A DNA stretch of 58,829 nt from an uncultured Flavobacteriales bacterium (GCA_905478185.1 CAJQHO010000007.1:1-58829), one strand, 5' to 3'; shown: positions 8,601 through 19,379, numbered from the stretch's first letter. Numbers and translations are program-made. Notes: generated by a model from the letters alone, not told the origin.

Positions 8601-9135
8601 AATCTCAGAGTCATCATGGGAATTCTTTGATAATGATGGAAGTTCAATATATGCTAGTGGTGATTTAATCTCAAACACACAATATAGAGATACACTAACT
8701 TTTCCTGATGGATGTTATACTTTTAAAGTAGCAGATACTGATGATGATGGTTTAGACTTTTGGGCTAATAATGACGGAGGAGGGATGGCACGCTTTCGTG
8801 AGCTTGGAGCAGGTTGGTTAAAAGCCTTTGAAGGCGATTTTGGAAGGTTTATTCATCATGAGTTCAGAACAGAAGATGTATTGTCAAGTTCTGAAATAAA
8901 AACTAAAAATATTAAGGTCTATCCAAATCCTGCAATTAATGAGATTGCAGTTATTGGAAATTTAACAAATTCATCAGAACTCATTTTAACTGATAATATT
9001 GGAAGAATTGTAAGTATTACCGAAATTGAGAGGAATAAAACTACACATAAGATTAATATTAGTAATTTATCAAAAGGAATTTATTTCATCTCAGTTGACA
9101 ATAATAAAATAATAAAAAAAATAGTAAAACAATAG
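5659..9135 (+). CDS. Secreted peptide-N-glycosidase F-related protein with a LamG-like domain and T9SS sorting domain
   Basis: CGAWDY, FVTPYG, WYFDVTDY, TGHG and DRAGWCPG motifs; LamG-like TVSFWI...WSHWAFT...IYRNG...IKELRIFDKEL; C-terminal VYPNPA. Confidence 0.8.
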   Translation: MKKIFYLLIAIFIIIQSSAQNPGDTIVVQTFDYNMTYGSGPWSGGDRDTIAHFPNDPNLTFEKIILSYNMRCKDNVVNTNGQSNSIGCGAWDYSCHTYIHDSTRIDSILSYQSSHTVSSFSGSVYNYSLNPVYNFYQYQQQTAIINSIVSEDTIQIGNGADSLDFVIATEQNSHKSQFLYKANELIALGLINDTINALSFNVLSNTQAANFLTIKLKHTADSILSNVNPHLNGFTEVYNANTILNNGVNRFQFIHDFVWDSVSNIIVEFSITNSTAVGTSLIEGEQTNDNLGLFSNDANYITVNSAESIDLPVAAMSNISDEVTVSFWINGNENVMPQNTTILEAYDANNYRTLNIHFPWSNGRMYWDCGNSGTTSYDRIDKAASLSEYTDGWSHWAFTKNANTGDLKIYRNGVLWHSGTGFTRTIDIATLKLASQGNSNGYFWDGHIKELRIFDKELSMSTISEWLNKRIDSSHPDYTNLVAHYPLNEGQGTTSLDNTTSQQIATFSGNVNWGYTRGDEIGQFFTEVNSRPNINFYQGQYSLTINTDAILDSLIASANTVTQYAIEPNYGTLQNDSIATVSTNTYWEALSYLFDGNGNVLSVDTTNIDGSISITDLIYYKRYPMAFQIMSFVTPYGAYLDLGIEGKTWYFDVTDYAPVLKGNKQITMGGGGQWQEDMDIKFLFIVGTPTRDVLEMQQIWRPQSKGYGSIIDDNAFEPRDVLMHPNATAYKIRTTITGHGQEGEFIPQNHTINIDGGSVDYTWQVWTECAENPIFPQGGTWIYDRAGWCPGQASDLREDDITSLVTPGQIHNIDYGIVSATGASNYWVSSQLVSYDETNFTLDAAIVDILSPTNKVNYQKANPICSKPEITIQNTGSTPITSLTIEYWINNAPSKESFTWTGILSFLQKETIKLPDPSSLWDNMTINNNSFHVEIINSNGGADQYIHNNKMSSTFDPTPIYPNTFALWFQTNSGVINTFTQISESSWEFFDNDGSSIYASGDLISNTQYRDTLTFPDGCYTFKVADTDDDGLDFWANNDGGGMARFRELGAGWLKAFEGDFGRFIHHEFRTEDVLSSSEIKTKNIKVYPNPAINEIAVIGNLTNSSELILTDNIGRIVSITEIERNKTTHKINISNLSKGIYFISVDNNKIIKKIVKQ

Positions 9136-11049
9136 ATGAAATATTGCAATTCGTTAACCAATTATAGCAGGTTTAAATCAAGAGAAGTAAAAGTAGGAAA
9201 TATCGGAATTGGCGGGAGTAATCCTATTCGAATTCAATCTATGACTACTACAGATACTATGGATACCATTGCAACTGTGGAGGAGTCTATAAGAATGATA
9301 GATGCGGGATGTGAGTTAGTTCGTATTACTGCTCCCTCAAAAAAAGATGCTCTCAACCTAAAAAACATAAAAGAGGAACTTGTAAAAAGAGGGTATAACA
9401 CTCCAATAATTGCAGACATACACTACACGCCTAATGCAGCAGAAATTGCAGCTACAATTATTGAAAAGGTAAGAGTAAATCCTGGTAACTATGCTGATAA
9501 AAAGAAGTTTGAAAACATAGAATATACTGAAGTTACTTATAATGCTGAAATTGAAAGAATAAGAGAAAAGTTCACTCCACTTGTCCGTATTTGTAAAGAG
9601 AACGGAACCGCTATGCGAATTGGAACAAATCATGGCTCACTTTCTGATAGAATCCTTTCCAGATATGGAGACACTCCAAAAGGAATGGTGGAATCGGCAA
9701 TGGAGTTTTTGCGTATTTGCCGTGATGAAGGTTATCATGAAATTATCCTTTCAATGAAAGCATCAAATACTAGAATAATGGTACAGGCCTACCGTTTATT
9801 AGTTGCTGAAATGATAAAAGACGGAATGGACTACCCTCTACATTTGGGAGTAACTGAGGCAGGAGAAGGAGAAGATGGAAGGATAAAATCGGCAGTGGGA
9901 ATAGGTGCACTTTTAGCAGATGGAATTGGAGATACAATTAGAGTTTCATTAACAGAAGCACCAGAATTTGAAATCCCTGTTGCACAAAATTTGTTAAAGA
10001 ATTTTAAAGGAATTGAGCAGCATGATTCTATTGAGAAAATAACAAAAAACCCGCTCCATTCTTTTGATTATAAAAGAAGAAAAACAAATGAAGTACTAAA
10101 TATTGGTGGAGGGAATGTCCCTATTGTAATGGCAGATTTTTGCTTGAAAGAAAAAATTACTGCTGCATCCTTTTTTGCTTTGGGGTCTAACTATTCCGTC
10201 CCTCTGGATAAATGGAACCTTACCGATATGGCAGCCGATTATGTTTTTGTAGGCAACCATGATTTAGATTTTGAAGTACCAGGAACTTTGGGGGTTATTT
10301 ACAACTATAAAAAATGGGTCGAGCATAAAAAAGGATATCCATTTTTAACAATAAATGACTATTTGGATGAGGAAGAAATCTCTGAAAAACTGAATATTGT
10401 TTATGTTTGTCTTTCGGATTTATGTGAAGAGCTCTTTGCTAAATTAAAAACAGATTCAACAGCTGTTTTAATGATAGATACTTATAATGAAAATGGGCTT
10501 GCCGAGCAAAGGAAACTCTTTACTGAACTAATGAATAACGGAATTAAAACTCCAGTGATTATCGGTAGAGCTTATGGTGATTTATCAGAAGAACAATTGC
10601 AACTTTCAGCAAGTTCTGATTTAGGGGCTTTACTTTTAGATGGATTGGGAGATGGAATATTTATTGCTGCAGAAAATTGCGGCTCCTATCAGTCGATAAA
10701 TTCACTAGCATTCGGAATATTGCAAGCCAGTAGAACAAGAATTTCCAAAACAGAATATATTTCTTGTCCTAGTTGTGGGAGAACTCTTTTTGATTTACAA
10801 GAAACAACTGCAAAAATCAGAAAAGAAACTGACCATCTGAAAGGAGTTAAAATTGGAATAATGGGTTGTATAGTAAACGGACCTGGAGAAATGGCAGATG
10901 CCGACTATGGGTATGTAGGTACTGGAAAGGGTAAGATTACGCTTTACAAAGAACAAACAGTAGTCGAGAAAAACATAGCTGAAGAAAAAGCTGTAACAGC
11001 CTTAATTGACCTTATAAAAGAACATGGAGATTGGGTAGAAAGAAAATAA
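9136..11049 (+). CDS. ispG: 4-hydroxy-3-methylbut-2-enyl diphosphate synthase (long form)
   Basis: IRIQSMTTT, ADIHY, RVNPGN, RIGTNHGSLS, LHLGVTEAG, SCPSCGRT and MGCIVNGPGE. Confidence 0.97.
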   Translation: MKYCNSLTNYSRFKSREVKVGNIGIGGSNPIRIQSMTTTDTMDTIATVEESIRMIDAGCELVRITAPSKKDALNLKNIKEELVKRGYNTPIIADIHYTPNAAEIAATIIEKVRVNPGNYADKKKFENIEYTEVTYNAEIERIREKFTPLVRICKENGTAMRIGTNHGSLSDRILSRYGDTPKGMVESAMEFLRICRDEGYHEIILSMKASNTRIMVQAYRLLVAEMIKDGMDYPLHLGVTEAGEGEDGRIKSAVGIGALLADGIGDTIRVSLTEAPEFEIPVAQNLLKNFKGIEQHDSIEKITKNPLHSFDYKRRKTNEVLNIGGGNVPIVMADFCLKEKITAASFFALGSNYSVPLDKWNLTDMAADYVFVGNHDLDFEVPGTLGVIYNYKKWVEHKKGYPFLTINDYLDEEEISEKLNIVYVCLSDLCEELFAKLKTDSTAVLMIDTYNENGLAEQRKLFTELMNNGIKTPVIIGRAYGDLSEEQLQLSASSDLGALLLDGLGDGIFIAAENCGSYQSINSLAFGILQASRTRISKTEYISCPSCGRTLFDLQETTAKIRKETDHLKGVKIGIMGCIVNGPGEMADADYGYVGTGKGKITLYKEQTVVEKNIAEEKAVTALIDLIKEHGDWVERK

Positions 11050-11201
11050 GAACCTAAGACAATATACCTTTTGCATTTTCGTATTTAGAGTTGTTATTTT
11101 AATAAAATTTAATCAATTAAGCTAGTAAATATATTTTTAGGTACTTTGCTTTGCATAGTACTATATTTTATTACTTTTACACCCCAACAAAGCAATTATA
11201 T

Positions 11202-11894
11202 ATGATCAACATTACTAACCTTCACAAATCCTACAAAATAGGTAAGAATTCCCTACATGTATTAAAGGGAATTGATTTTATAGTAGCTGAAGGAGAATTG
11301 GTAGCCATTATGGGTTCTTCAGGTTCAGGAAAATCAACCCTACTAAATATTATTGGCATGTTGGATGTTGCCAATGAAGGAAGCTACACACTTGATGGCG
11401 TTCCTATTAAAAACTTAGATGAGACAAAAGCAGCAAAATATCGTAGTAAATTTTTAGGTTTTATCTTTCAGTCCTTTAACTTAATCAATTATAAAACTGC
11501 TTTGGAAAATGTTGCTTTACCCTTATATTACCAAGGCAAAAAAAGAGAAGAAAGGCAAGAAAAAGCACTCAACTACTTGGATAATGTCGGCTTAAAAGAA
11601 TGGGCAACTCATTTGCCTAGCGAACTTTCAGGAGGTCAAAAACAAAGAGTAGCAATCGCCCGTGCTTTAGTAAGTGAACCTAAAGTACTATTGGCTGATG
11701 AGCCAACTGGAGCCTTGGATTCTACCACTTCTAGTGAAGTAATGGCTTTAATTCAAGAAATCAATAATCAAGGAAAAACAATTTTGGTAGTTACCCATGA
11801 AGAGGATATTGCAAAGATGTGCAAACGCATTGTTCGCTTAAAGGATGGCGTAATTGTAGAGGATACATTAGTCAGCCAAATAGCTGCCATATAA
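11202..11894 (+). CDS. ABC transporter ATP-binding protein (MacB/LolD type)
   Basis: Walker A GSSGSGKS, LSGGQKQRVAIARAL, LLADEPTGALD; ATG 11202 preferred. Confidence 0.95.
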   Translation: MINITNLHKSYKIGKNSLHVLKGIDFIVAEGELVAIMGSSGSGKSTLLNIIGMLDVANEGSYTLDGVPIKNLDETKAAKYRSKFLGFIFQSFNLINYKTALENVALPLYYQGKKREERQEKALNYLDNVGLKEWATHLPSELSGGQKQRVAIARALVSEPKVLLADEPTGALDSTTSSEVMALIQEINNQGKTILVVTHEEDIAKMCKRIVRLKDGVIVEDTLVSQIAAI

Positions 11895-11897
11895 ACT

Positions 11898-13130
11898 ATG
11901 TTTAACAGAGATAATTGGATAGAAATTTTCGATACCATTCGTAAAAACAAGTTAAGAACTTTCTTGTCTGGATTTACGGTTGCGCTAGGAATCTTTATTT
12001 TTATTATTCTTTTTGGTTTTGGGAATGGCTTAAGCAATACTTTTCAAAAATTCTTTAATGATGACAATGTAAACAGCATGTTTATTTTTCCTGGGTCAAC
12101 AACTGAACCTTTCAAGGGATATGAATCTGGGAGAAGAATTAAGTTTGACAATGCCGACTTAAAAGCCATTACCGATAATTTTGATAATTATTTGGAAAGC
12201 ATAAGCCCCCGAATTTATGATAATGCAACTGTAAAATACAAAGACAAAAGCAATAACTATTCCATAAGAGCCGTAAGTCCTTCTCATCAATATAATGAAA
12301 TGACGATAATGATGCAAGGGCGTTTTTTGCATGAAGATGATATCAGCCATAAAAAGCGACATGCCGTTATTGGTCGCTTAGTTGCACAAGATTTGTTTAA
12401 AAATGAAGACCCTATTGGCAAGTATATTGATGGAAGTGGACATACTTGGAAGGTAATTGGTGTTTTTCAAGATGATGGAGGGGACGGAGAAGAACGACTG
12501 ATTTATATTCCCTATACAAGCTTACAAAAAATAAAGAAAAACACAGATGAAATTGATCAGATTATCCTAAGCTATAAACCTGAAATTGGCTATGAAGGGG
12601 CTGTAGAATTTGAGCAGAAATTGGAGAAATTCCTAAAAAGCAGAAAGGATATCGACCCTAAAGATAGAGGAGGAGTTTACATCAGAAATGTAGCCGACAA
12701 CCTCAAAGAAAATCAGCAATTTGCTAGCGTTTTACAACTCATTATCACCTTTATTGGTATCGGGACTTTAATCGCAGGGATTATCGGGATAAGTAATATC
12801 ATGGTATTTGTAGTGAAAGAACGAACCAAAGAATTAGGAATACGGAAAGCAATTGGAGCAAGCCCAAGAAGCATTATCGCTATGATATTACAAGAAGCTA
12901 TTTTCATCACTACTTTATCAGGTTATTTTGGGCTTATTGCAGGCATTGCAACCTTGAGCTTAATTGGCGATACACTTGAAAAAGATTATTTTATCACCAA
13001 TCCTTATATTGATATTTCAACTGCTATTGGTGCTACTATCATCCTCATTCTGTTTGGGGCATTAGCAGGCTATATTCCTGCCAGAAGAGCTGCCAAAATA
13101 AAACCAATTGTTGCCTTAAGAGACGAATAA
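11898..13130 (+). CDS. ABC transporter permease (MacB periplasmic plus FtsX domain)
   Basis: NKLRTFLS, VKERTKELGIRKAIGA and PARRAAKIKPIVALR. Confidence 0.93.
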   Translation: MFNRDNWIEIFDTIRKNKLRTFLSGFTVALGIFIFIILFGFGNGLSNTFQKFFNDDNVNSMFIFPGSTTEPFKGYESGRRIKFDNADLKAITDNFDNYLESISPRIYDNATVKYKDKSNNYSIRAVSPSHQYNEMTIMMQGRFLHEDDISHKKRHAVIGRLVAQDLFKNEDPIGKYIDGSGHTWKVIGVFQDDGGDGEERLIYIPYTSLQKIKKNTDEIDQIILSYKPEIGYEGAVEFEQKLEKFLKSRKDIDPKDRGGVYIRNVADNLKENQQFASVLQLIITFIGIGTLIAGIIGISNIMVFVVKERTKELGIRKAIGASPRSIIAMILQEAIFITTLSGYFGLIAGIATLSLIGDTLEKDYFITNPYIDISTAIGATIILILFGALAGYIPARRAAKIKPIVALRDE

Positions 13131-14396
13131 ATGAAAACACTATTTGATAAAGATACTTGGCAAGAAATATTCAGCTCTATTGGGCAGAATAAAGTCCGCA
13201 CCATCATTACCGTTATTGGGGTGTTATGGGGGATCTTTTTATACATTGTTTTATCAGGTGCAGCCAAAGGAATTGATAATGGTTTTGAGCGTCAATTTGA
13301 ACGCATATCTTCCAATAGTTTATTTGTATGGGGGGAGGTAACTTCTGTCCCTTATAATGGATTTAAAACAGGAAGGCAAATTAGATTAAAATTAAGTGAT
13401 GTTGAGACTTTAAAAAACAAAATCCAAGAGATACAATATATTGCCCCTAGAAATGTAAGCGGGTTATGGGGAACTTCTGGAGGAAAGATTGTTCATGGTC
13501 AAAAAACAGGAACATATAATGTCTATGGAGATTACCCAGTATTTACAACAATTACAACTAAAAACATATATGATGGAGGTAGATTCATAAATGAATCAGA
13601 TATAACATTTAACAGAAAAGTATGTGTAATTGGAGAAAGAACAAGGCAAGAATTATTTGAAGAGGATGAAAATCCAATAGGTGAATTCATCCGCATAAAT
13701 AATATTTATTTTAAAGTTGTGGGTATACATAAATATGTTGTTGAAGGGGGTATGGCAGATGATGGTGATATTCATATTCCTTTCTCAACTTATAAGAAAC
13801 TCTATAATAGTGGAGAACATGTTCATTTTTTAATAGTTGCCGCTTTTGATGATGCTGATATTGTAAAGGTAGAACAAGATATTAGAACTGTTCTGAAAGA
13901 TAGGCATAATATAAGCCCTGCTGATATGCGTGCAATTGGTGGATTTAATTTAGGGGAAATGTTTAAGCAAATTACTAAATTTGCTTCAGGGATGACCTTC
14001 CTATCCTTAATTATTGGACTTGCTACTATATTAGGAGGAATAATCGGTATTGGAAACATCTTACTTATATCAGTAAAAGAACGCACCAAAGAGATAGGAA
14101 TTAGGCGTGCTATCGGAGCCACACCAAAAGAAATCAGAATACAAATTATTTTAGAATCTGTATTTTTAACCATTATTGCAGGAATAATTGGCATTATCCT
14201 AGGAGCTTTAGTCCTATCAGGCATTAATGCCGCCACTAAAGATATGACAGACTATCCCTTTACCAACCCAACCGTACCTATTCCTTATATATTAGGGGCT
14301 TTGTTTTTAATGGTTGTACTGGGGACATTAATAGGGCTCATTCCTGCACATAGAGCGATAAGCATAAAACCTATTGACGCATTAAGAGAAGAATAA
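13131..14396 (+). CDS. ABC transporter permease (MacB/FtsX)
   Basis: NKVRTIIT, VKERTKEIGIRRAIGA and PAHRAISIKPIDALR. Confidence 0.93.
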   Translation: MKTLFDKDTWQEIFSSIGQNKVRTIITVIGVLWGIFLYIVLSGAAKGIDNGFERQFERISSNSLFVWGEVTSVPYNGFKTGRQIRLKLSDVETLKNKIQEIQYIAPRNVSGLWGTSGGKIVHGQKTGTYNVYGDYPVFTTITTKNIYDGGRFINESDITFNRKVCVIGERTRQELFEEDENPIGEFIRINNIYFKVVGIHKYVVEGGMADDGDIHIPFSTYKKLYNSGEHVHFLIVAAFDDADIVKVEQDIRTVLKDRHNISPADMRAIGGFNLGEMFKQITKFASGMTFLSLIIGLATILGGIIGIGNILLISVKERTKEIGIRRAIGATPKEIRIQIILESVFLTIIAGIIGIILGALVLSGINAATKDMTDYPFTNPTVPIPYILGALFLMVVLGTLIGLIPAHRAISIKPIDALREE

Positions 14397-14432
14397 TAAA
14401 CAACTAGAAAACAACAAAAAAATAATATAAAT

Positions 14433-15551
14433 ATGAAAAAGAAAATCGGAATAACACTTTTATTTTTTGGCATTGTATACGCAAGCGCCTTCTTTATAAA
14501 ATCCAATAGTAAATCATTAATTGATTATGAAACCACTACCCTTATAGTAGCTACTATTGAAAATAAAATAGTGGCTACAGGAAAAGTAGTTCCTGAAGAT
14601 GAGGTAGAGATAAAACCTCAAATTGCTGGTATTATCGAAAAAATAATAGTGCAAGAGGGGGAGCAAGTTAAGGCAGGGGATTTACTAGCCATCATTAAAG
14701 TTGTGCCTAACGAACAAAGCCTGAACAATGCCCAAGGTCGAGTAAAAAATTCGGAATATATTTTAACAAATATGCAGTCAGAATTTGATAGAAACAAAAC
14801 TTTGTATTCAAAAGGAATTATCTCAGAAAAAGAATATAATAGCATTGAACTGAAATACAATCAATCGGTACAGGATTTGGAAAATGCAAAAATTGATTTG
14901 CAAATTATCAAACTAGGCTCGGCAGGAGGCTCCAGTATAGCCAATACGAATATTCGTGCAACAGTAACAGGTACCGTGCTTGAAATTCCAGTAAAAAAAG
15001 GAGACCAAGTTATCCAGGCCAATACCTTTAATGCTGGAACAACTATTGCTACTATTGCTAATTTAAACATCATGATTTTTGAAGGGAAAGTAGATGAAGC
15101 TGAAGTTGGAAAACTAAAACAAGACATGCCACTTGTAGTTACACTTGCCGCTATTGAGGATAAAGAATATGCTGCAAAACTAAAGTTTATTGCTCCAAAA
15201 GGAATAGAAGAAGGAGGTGCTGTTCAGTTCAAAATTGAAGGGGAAGTTTACTTGGATGATGAATATTTTGTACGAGCAGGATACAGTGCTAATGCATCAA
15301 TAGTAACGGAAAGAAGAGACAGTGTAATTGCAATAAGTGAGGCGCTTTTGCAATACGACCTAAAAACCAAAGAGCCTTATGTTGAGGTTGAAATTGGAGA
15401 GCAAGAATTTGAAAAACGAGACATTGAATTAGGCTTATCTGATGGCGTAAATGCTGAGGTATTTTCAGGCGTTACAAAAGAAGATAAAATAAAAATTTGG
15501 AACAAAACAGAAGCTGAAAAAAGAGGTGTCGAACAGGTTAAACTACCATAA
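14433..15551 (+). CDS. Periplasmic adaptor (membrane fusion protein, MacA-like)
   Basis: N-terminal anchor; ATGKVVP..EVEIKPQIAGII; V..GDLL; VDEAEVGKL. Confidence 0.92.
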   Translation: MKKKIGITLLFFGIVYASAFFIKSNSKSLIDYETTTLIVATIENKIVATGKVVPEDEVEIKPQIAGIIEKIIVQEGEQVKAGDLLAIIKVVPNEQSLNNAQGRVKNSEYILTNMQSEFDRNKTLYSKGIISEKEYNSIELKYNQSVQDLENAKIDLQIIKLGSAGGSSIANTNIRATVTGTVLEIPVKKGDQVIQANTFNAGTTIATIANLNIMIFEGKVDEAEVGKLKQDMPLVVTLAAIEDKEYAAKLKFIAPKGIEEGGAVQFKIEGEVYLDDEYFVRAGYSANASIVTERRDSVIAISEALLQYDLKTKEPYVEVEIGEQEFEKRDIELGLSDGVNAEVFSGVTKEDKIKIWNKTEAEKRGVEQVKLP

Positions 15552-15561
15552 TAAGAATAAT

Positions 15562-16872
15562 ATGAAAATAGTTAATTTAATAATTCTCTTTACATCACTT
15601 TCTATATCTATGCAAGGACAAGAAGTGTGGACATTGGAACAATGTATAAAACGAGCAATTGAAAAAAATATATCCATTAAGCAATCACAGGCTGATTTAA
15701 AAAGTACAGCTCTAGGGAAAACAACTGCTATTGCTAACTTTTTACCAAGCCTTAATTTAGGAAGTTCCCACTCTTGGAATGTTGGGCTTAACCAAAATAT
15801 TACAACAGGTATTTTGGAAAATATGACAACACGTTCAGCTTCAATGAACGCAAATGTAGGGATTGATTTATTCAATGGTTTGCAAAACATACAGCAATTA
15901 TACCGAGCAAACCTCAGCATTTTAGCGAGCCAATATCAATTGGCGGATATGAAGGAAAACATCTCCTTATTGGTAGCTAACTCTTATTTGCAAATCCTGT
16001 TTAACCGAGAAAGTTTGGGAGTACAACAATCACAGTTAAATGTAGCGAATGAGGAGTTAATTATTGCAGAGGAACGCCTAAAAACAGGAATCATCCCACA
16101 AGGAGATGTGCTGGAAATTGAAGCAAATGTTGCTACTATTGAACAAAATGTAGTGGTAGCCGAAAACAATTATCAGCTTTCAAAAATTGCTTTGGCGCAA
16201 TTATTACTAATCCCTGATTTTAGCAATTTTGAAATTGCACAGGAAACAGCAATTACTCCTGTACCAGCAATACTAAGCACTAATGTAAATACCATTTACA
16301 GCAAGGCTGTTGCTAAACGAAATGATGTAAAATTGGCAGAAACTAATCTTAAAATTGCCAAGAAAGATTTAGCGATTTCTAGAGGTAGTATTCTACCCAA
16401 ATTAAGTGGTTTTTATTCTTATAATTCAAGGATTCTTTTTGATGATCCAAGTGATATTTCACATCAATTAGACAGGAATGCAGGACAAAATTTTGGCTTG
16501 CAATTGTCTATTCCTATTTTTAATGGAATGGCAAACAATTCAAATATCAGAAGAAGTAAAATCAATATTCAAAAATCAACCTATGCTTTGGAGCAAGTAA
16601 AGTTGGATTTGGAAAATACAATTAACCAAGCCTATAATGATGCAAAAGGTTCTTTAAAAGCACATCAGGCGGCTGAAAAAACTTTGAAAGCGCGTAAATT
16701 AGCTTATCAGTATGCTAAGGAGCGCTTTGATAATGGAGGAATGAATACCTTTAATTTTTTACAAGCAGGGCAAAGGTATGAAGCTGCACAATCAGAATTG
16801 ATAAAAACGAAATACAATTATATTTTCAAATTGAAAGTATTGGAATTTTACTTTGGAGAAGCTAGTTTGTAA
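15562..16872 (+). CDS. TolC family outer membrane efflux protein
   Basis: WTLEQCI.RA..KN, FLPSLN and GLQLSIPIFNG; ATG 15562 preferred; last gene of the exporter set. Confidence 0.93.
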   Translation: MKIVNLIILFTSLSISMQGQEVWTLEQCIKRAIEKNISIKQSQADLKSTALGKTTAIANFLPSLNLGSSHSWNVGLNQNITTGILENMTTRSASMNANVGIDLFNGLQNIQQLYRANLSILASQYQLADMKENISLLVANSYLQILFNRESLGVQQSQLNVANEELIIAEERLKTGIIPQGDVLEIEANVATIEQNVVVAENNYQLSKIALAQLLLIPDFSNFEIAQETAITPVPAILSTNVNTIYSKAVAKRNDVKLAETNLKIAKKDLAISRGSILPKLSGFYSYNSRILFDDPSDISHQLDRNAGQNFGLQLSIPIFNGMANNSNIRRSKINIQKSTYALEQVKLDLENTINQAYNDAKGSLKAHQAAEKTLKARKLAYQYAKERFDNGGMNTFNFLQAGQRYEAAQSELIKTKYNYIFKLKVLEFYFGEASL

Positions 16873-16897
16873 CTAAGTTAAGAAGAAAATAATTAAA

Positions 16898-18192
16898 GTG
16901 AAAAAATATATTTTCAATATAATTTTAGTTTTACTCAGTTTTTCAACTCACACTGCCCACTCATGCAGTATGTATAAAATAACTATTGGCGATAAAACAA
17001 TGGTTGGTTGTAATGAAGATGCTTGGAGAAAAACTTCTAGAATTTGGTTTGAGAATGTAAGCGAAAAGGGAAATTATGGAGCTGCTTTTACTGGCTCTAG
17101 AGCAATAGGAAATAATCAGTTTGCTCCTCAGTCCGGCATGAATAATGTTGGACTTTCTTTTTCAAGACTAGTTGCTTACCACCCTAAAGAGGTTAAAATC
17201 CAATAGAAAAAAGAAAGGGTATTTCTAATCCTAGTTCTTACCTGAAAGATATTTTGCATAGTTGCAAAACAGTTCAAGAGGTACAACAATATATTGAGGA
17301 GTATGACCATAGCTTTTTCATAAATGATGTGTTTATTTATATTGACAAATCTGGAGGCTACCTTATTGTGGAGCCCTATAGCCTAAAAACAGGCAATAAT
17401 TCTTATTATGTATTATCTAATTTCTGTCCATCAATTACTAATAATGAGGAAAGCAGGAGATTAGCGAAATATAGAAATGGGGAAGATTTTCTGAGAGAAC
17501 ATAAACTTGATACCACATTAGCATTTTGCACTTCACTTTCTAACACCATGCATGTTTGTAGAGCAAGAAATGGTGATGGGACATTACTTAGCTCAATTTG
17601 GGATTTAAAAGAAGGTGTAATTACTTTATATTTTTATCATGATTATAATTATTCTATTCAATATAGTTTAAATGAAGAGCTTATGAAGGGAGACCATATA
17701 ATAAAAATTCCAAAATTATTTCCTGCTAATTCAGAATTTGAAAGATTGACTAATTACATAACGCCATTCAACACCCCTTTTATACGAATTTCATTATTTT
17801 TTATTGGTTGTTTTTTCTTCATGACATCATTATTCTTTTTCATAAATTTCTTATTTAAAAAACCATTAGAAAGCTATCGATATGTAAAACTGTACTATCC
17901 CTTATTAGGAATAATTATGACCTATTATATGTTTGTTTTAGCTACAAATATTGGTATCTATTACTTTAATGCTCCTTACAATCATTATAGTGATAAAATA
18001 ATTAGTTTATCTTCATACATACCTTTTTTACTTTTAATAGTAATTATCCCTTTATTCAGTTATAATTTTAAAATTATAACTGAGAACTCTTGGAGTCTTA
18101 TTTCAATCTTACTATTTACAGTAAATAATATTATCTATTCAATATTATTAGTAGCGTTTATTTATTGGGGACTTTTTAGTGTCTTTAATTAG
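16898..18192 (+). pseudogene. Ntn-hydrolase-like (choloylglycine hydrolase/C45-like) protein with C-terminal TM helices, split by a frameshift at about 17197
   Basis: Signal peptide then CSMYKIT...VGCNED...GMNNVGL. Adding one A to the AAAA at 17195-17198 fuses ORFs 16898..17206 and 17254..18192 (...EVKNPIEKRKGISNPSSYLKDILHSCKTV). Confidence 0.68.
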
Positions 18193-18218
18193 CCTTAGCT
18201 AATTTAAAGGCAGGAAAA

Positions 18219-19379
18219 TTAACTCACCTTTATTTTAGCAGCAACTTCTTTCGCTTTTTCCACTAGTTCAGTAGTGTTTTCTGTTCCATATGCCAAGGCA
18301 ACTGCCATTCTTCTGTAAGGGCGTGTAGTTGGTTTCCCGAAAATGCTAAAGGTTGTATTTGGGAATGTGGCCGCTTCATTTAATCCTGTTAAAATAGGGA
18401 AATCATTATTTTCTTTATTGGCCAATACTACAGCTGAAGCTCCATTCCTAACGAGTGGAATATCCAAAACAGGTATTCCTAATATCGCACGAGCGTGCAA
18501 TTCAAATTCTGTAAAATCTTGTGTTCCAGCTAGGGTTACCATTCCAGTATCGTGTGGTCTTGGCGAAAGTTCAGAAAAATAAACTCCATCCTTTCCTATA
18601 AAGAATTCTACACCCCAAATACCACTACCACCAAGTGCTTTAGTTACTTTTTTGGCTATTTCTTCTGCTTCTTTTAAATGCACAGCATCCATAGCCATGG
18701 GCTGCCAACTTTCTTGATAATCCCCTCTCTCCTGCCTATGCCCAATTGGTGGGCAAAAAAGTGTATTACCATTATTCTGTGTAAGCGTTAAGAGTGTAAT
18801 TTCATAATCAAAATCAATAAATGCCTCTACAATTACTTCCATCAAATCCCCTCTTGAACCTTTCAAAGCATAGTTCCATGCCTTTTCAATATCGGCTTCA
18901 GTTTTTATAACCGATTGTCCTTTTCCAGAAGAAGACATTAAGGGTTTTACCACACAAGGAATTCCTGTAAAATCGACTCCTTCTTTCAACTCTTGGTAAG
19001 AAGTAGCGTATTTGTATTTAGCCGTTTTTACTCCTAAATCAATAGCTGCCAAATCACGGATTGCTTTACGGTTCATGGTAAAGTTTGCCGCCTTTGCAGA
19101 AGGAATTACTGTAAATCCTTGCTTTTCATACTCATAAAATCGTTCAGTACGGATACTCTCAACTTCAGGAACAATAAAGTCAGGATGATGCTTGGCAACT
19201 ATTCTGTCCAGCTCTGCCCCATCCAACATATTTATGACTTCAAATTCATGTGCCACTTGCATAGCAGGAGCGTTTTCATAATTGTCCACAGCAATAACAT
19301 ATTGCCCTAGCCTTTGCATAGCAATTACCACTTCCTTTCCTAACTCCCCAGAACCTAATAATAGTATCTTATTTCTCAT
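18219..19379 (-). CDS. purT: Formate-dependent phosphoribosylglycinamide formyltransferase
   Basis: [38 protein letters not shown] and [11 protein letters not shown]. Confidence 0.97.
   Translation of the reverse strand: MRNKILLLGSGELGKEVVIAMQRLGQYVIAVDNYENAPAMQVAHEFEVINMLDGAELDRIVAKHHPDFIVPEVESIRTERFYEYEKQGFTVIPSAKAANFTMNRKAIRDLAAIDLGVKTAKYKYATSYQELKEGVDFTGIPCVVKPLMSSSGKGQSVIKTEADIEKAWNYALKGSRGDLMEVIVEAFIDFDYEITLLTLTQNNGNTLFCPPIGHRQERGDYQESWQPMAMDAVHLKEAEEIAKKVTKALGGSGIWGVEFFIGKDGVYFSELSPRPHDTGMVTLAGTQDFTEFELHARAILGIPVLDIPLVRNGASAVVLANKENNDFPILTGLNEAATFPNTTFSIFGKPTTRPYRRMAVALAYGTENTTELVEKAKEVAAKIKVS

Noticed and set aside
11202-16872. MacAB-TolC-type operon as an antibiotic-resistance island
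   Set aside because: This arrangement is common in Bacteroidota, there are no mobility genes or boundary repeats, and the substrate cannot be inferred from sequence.
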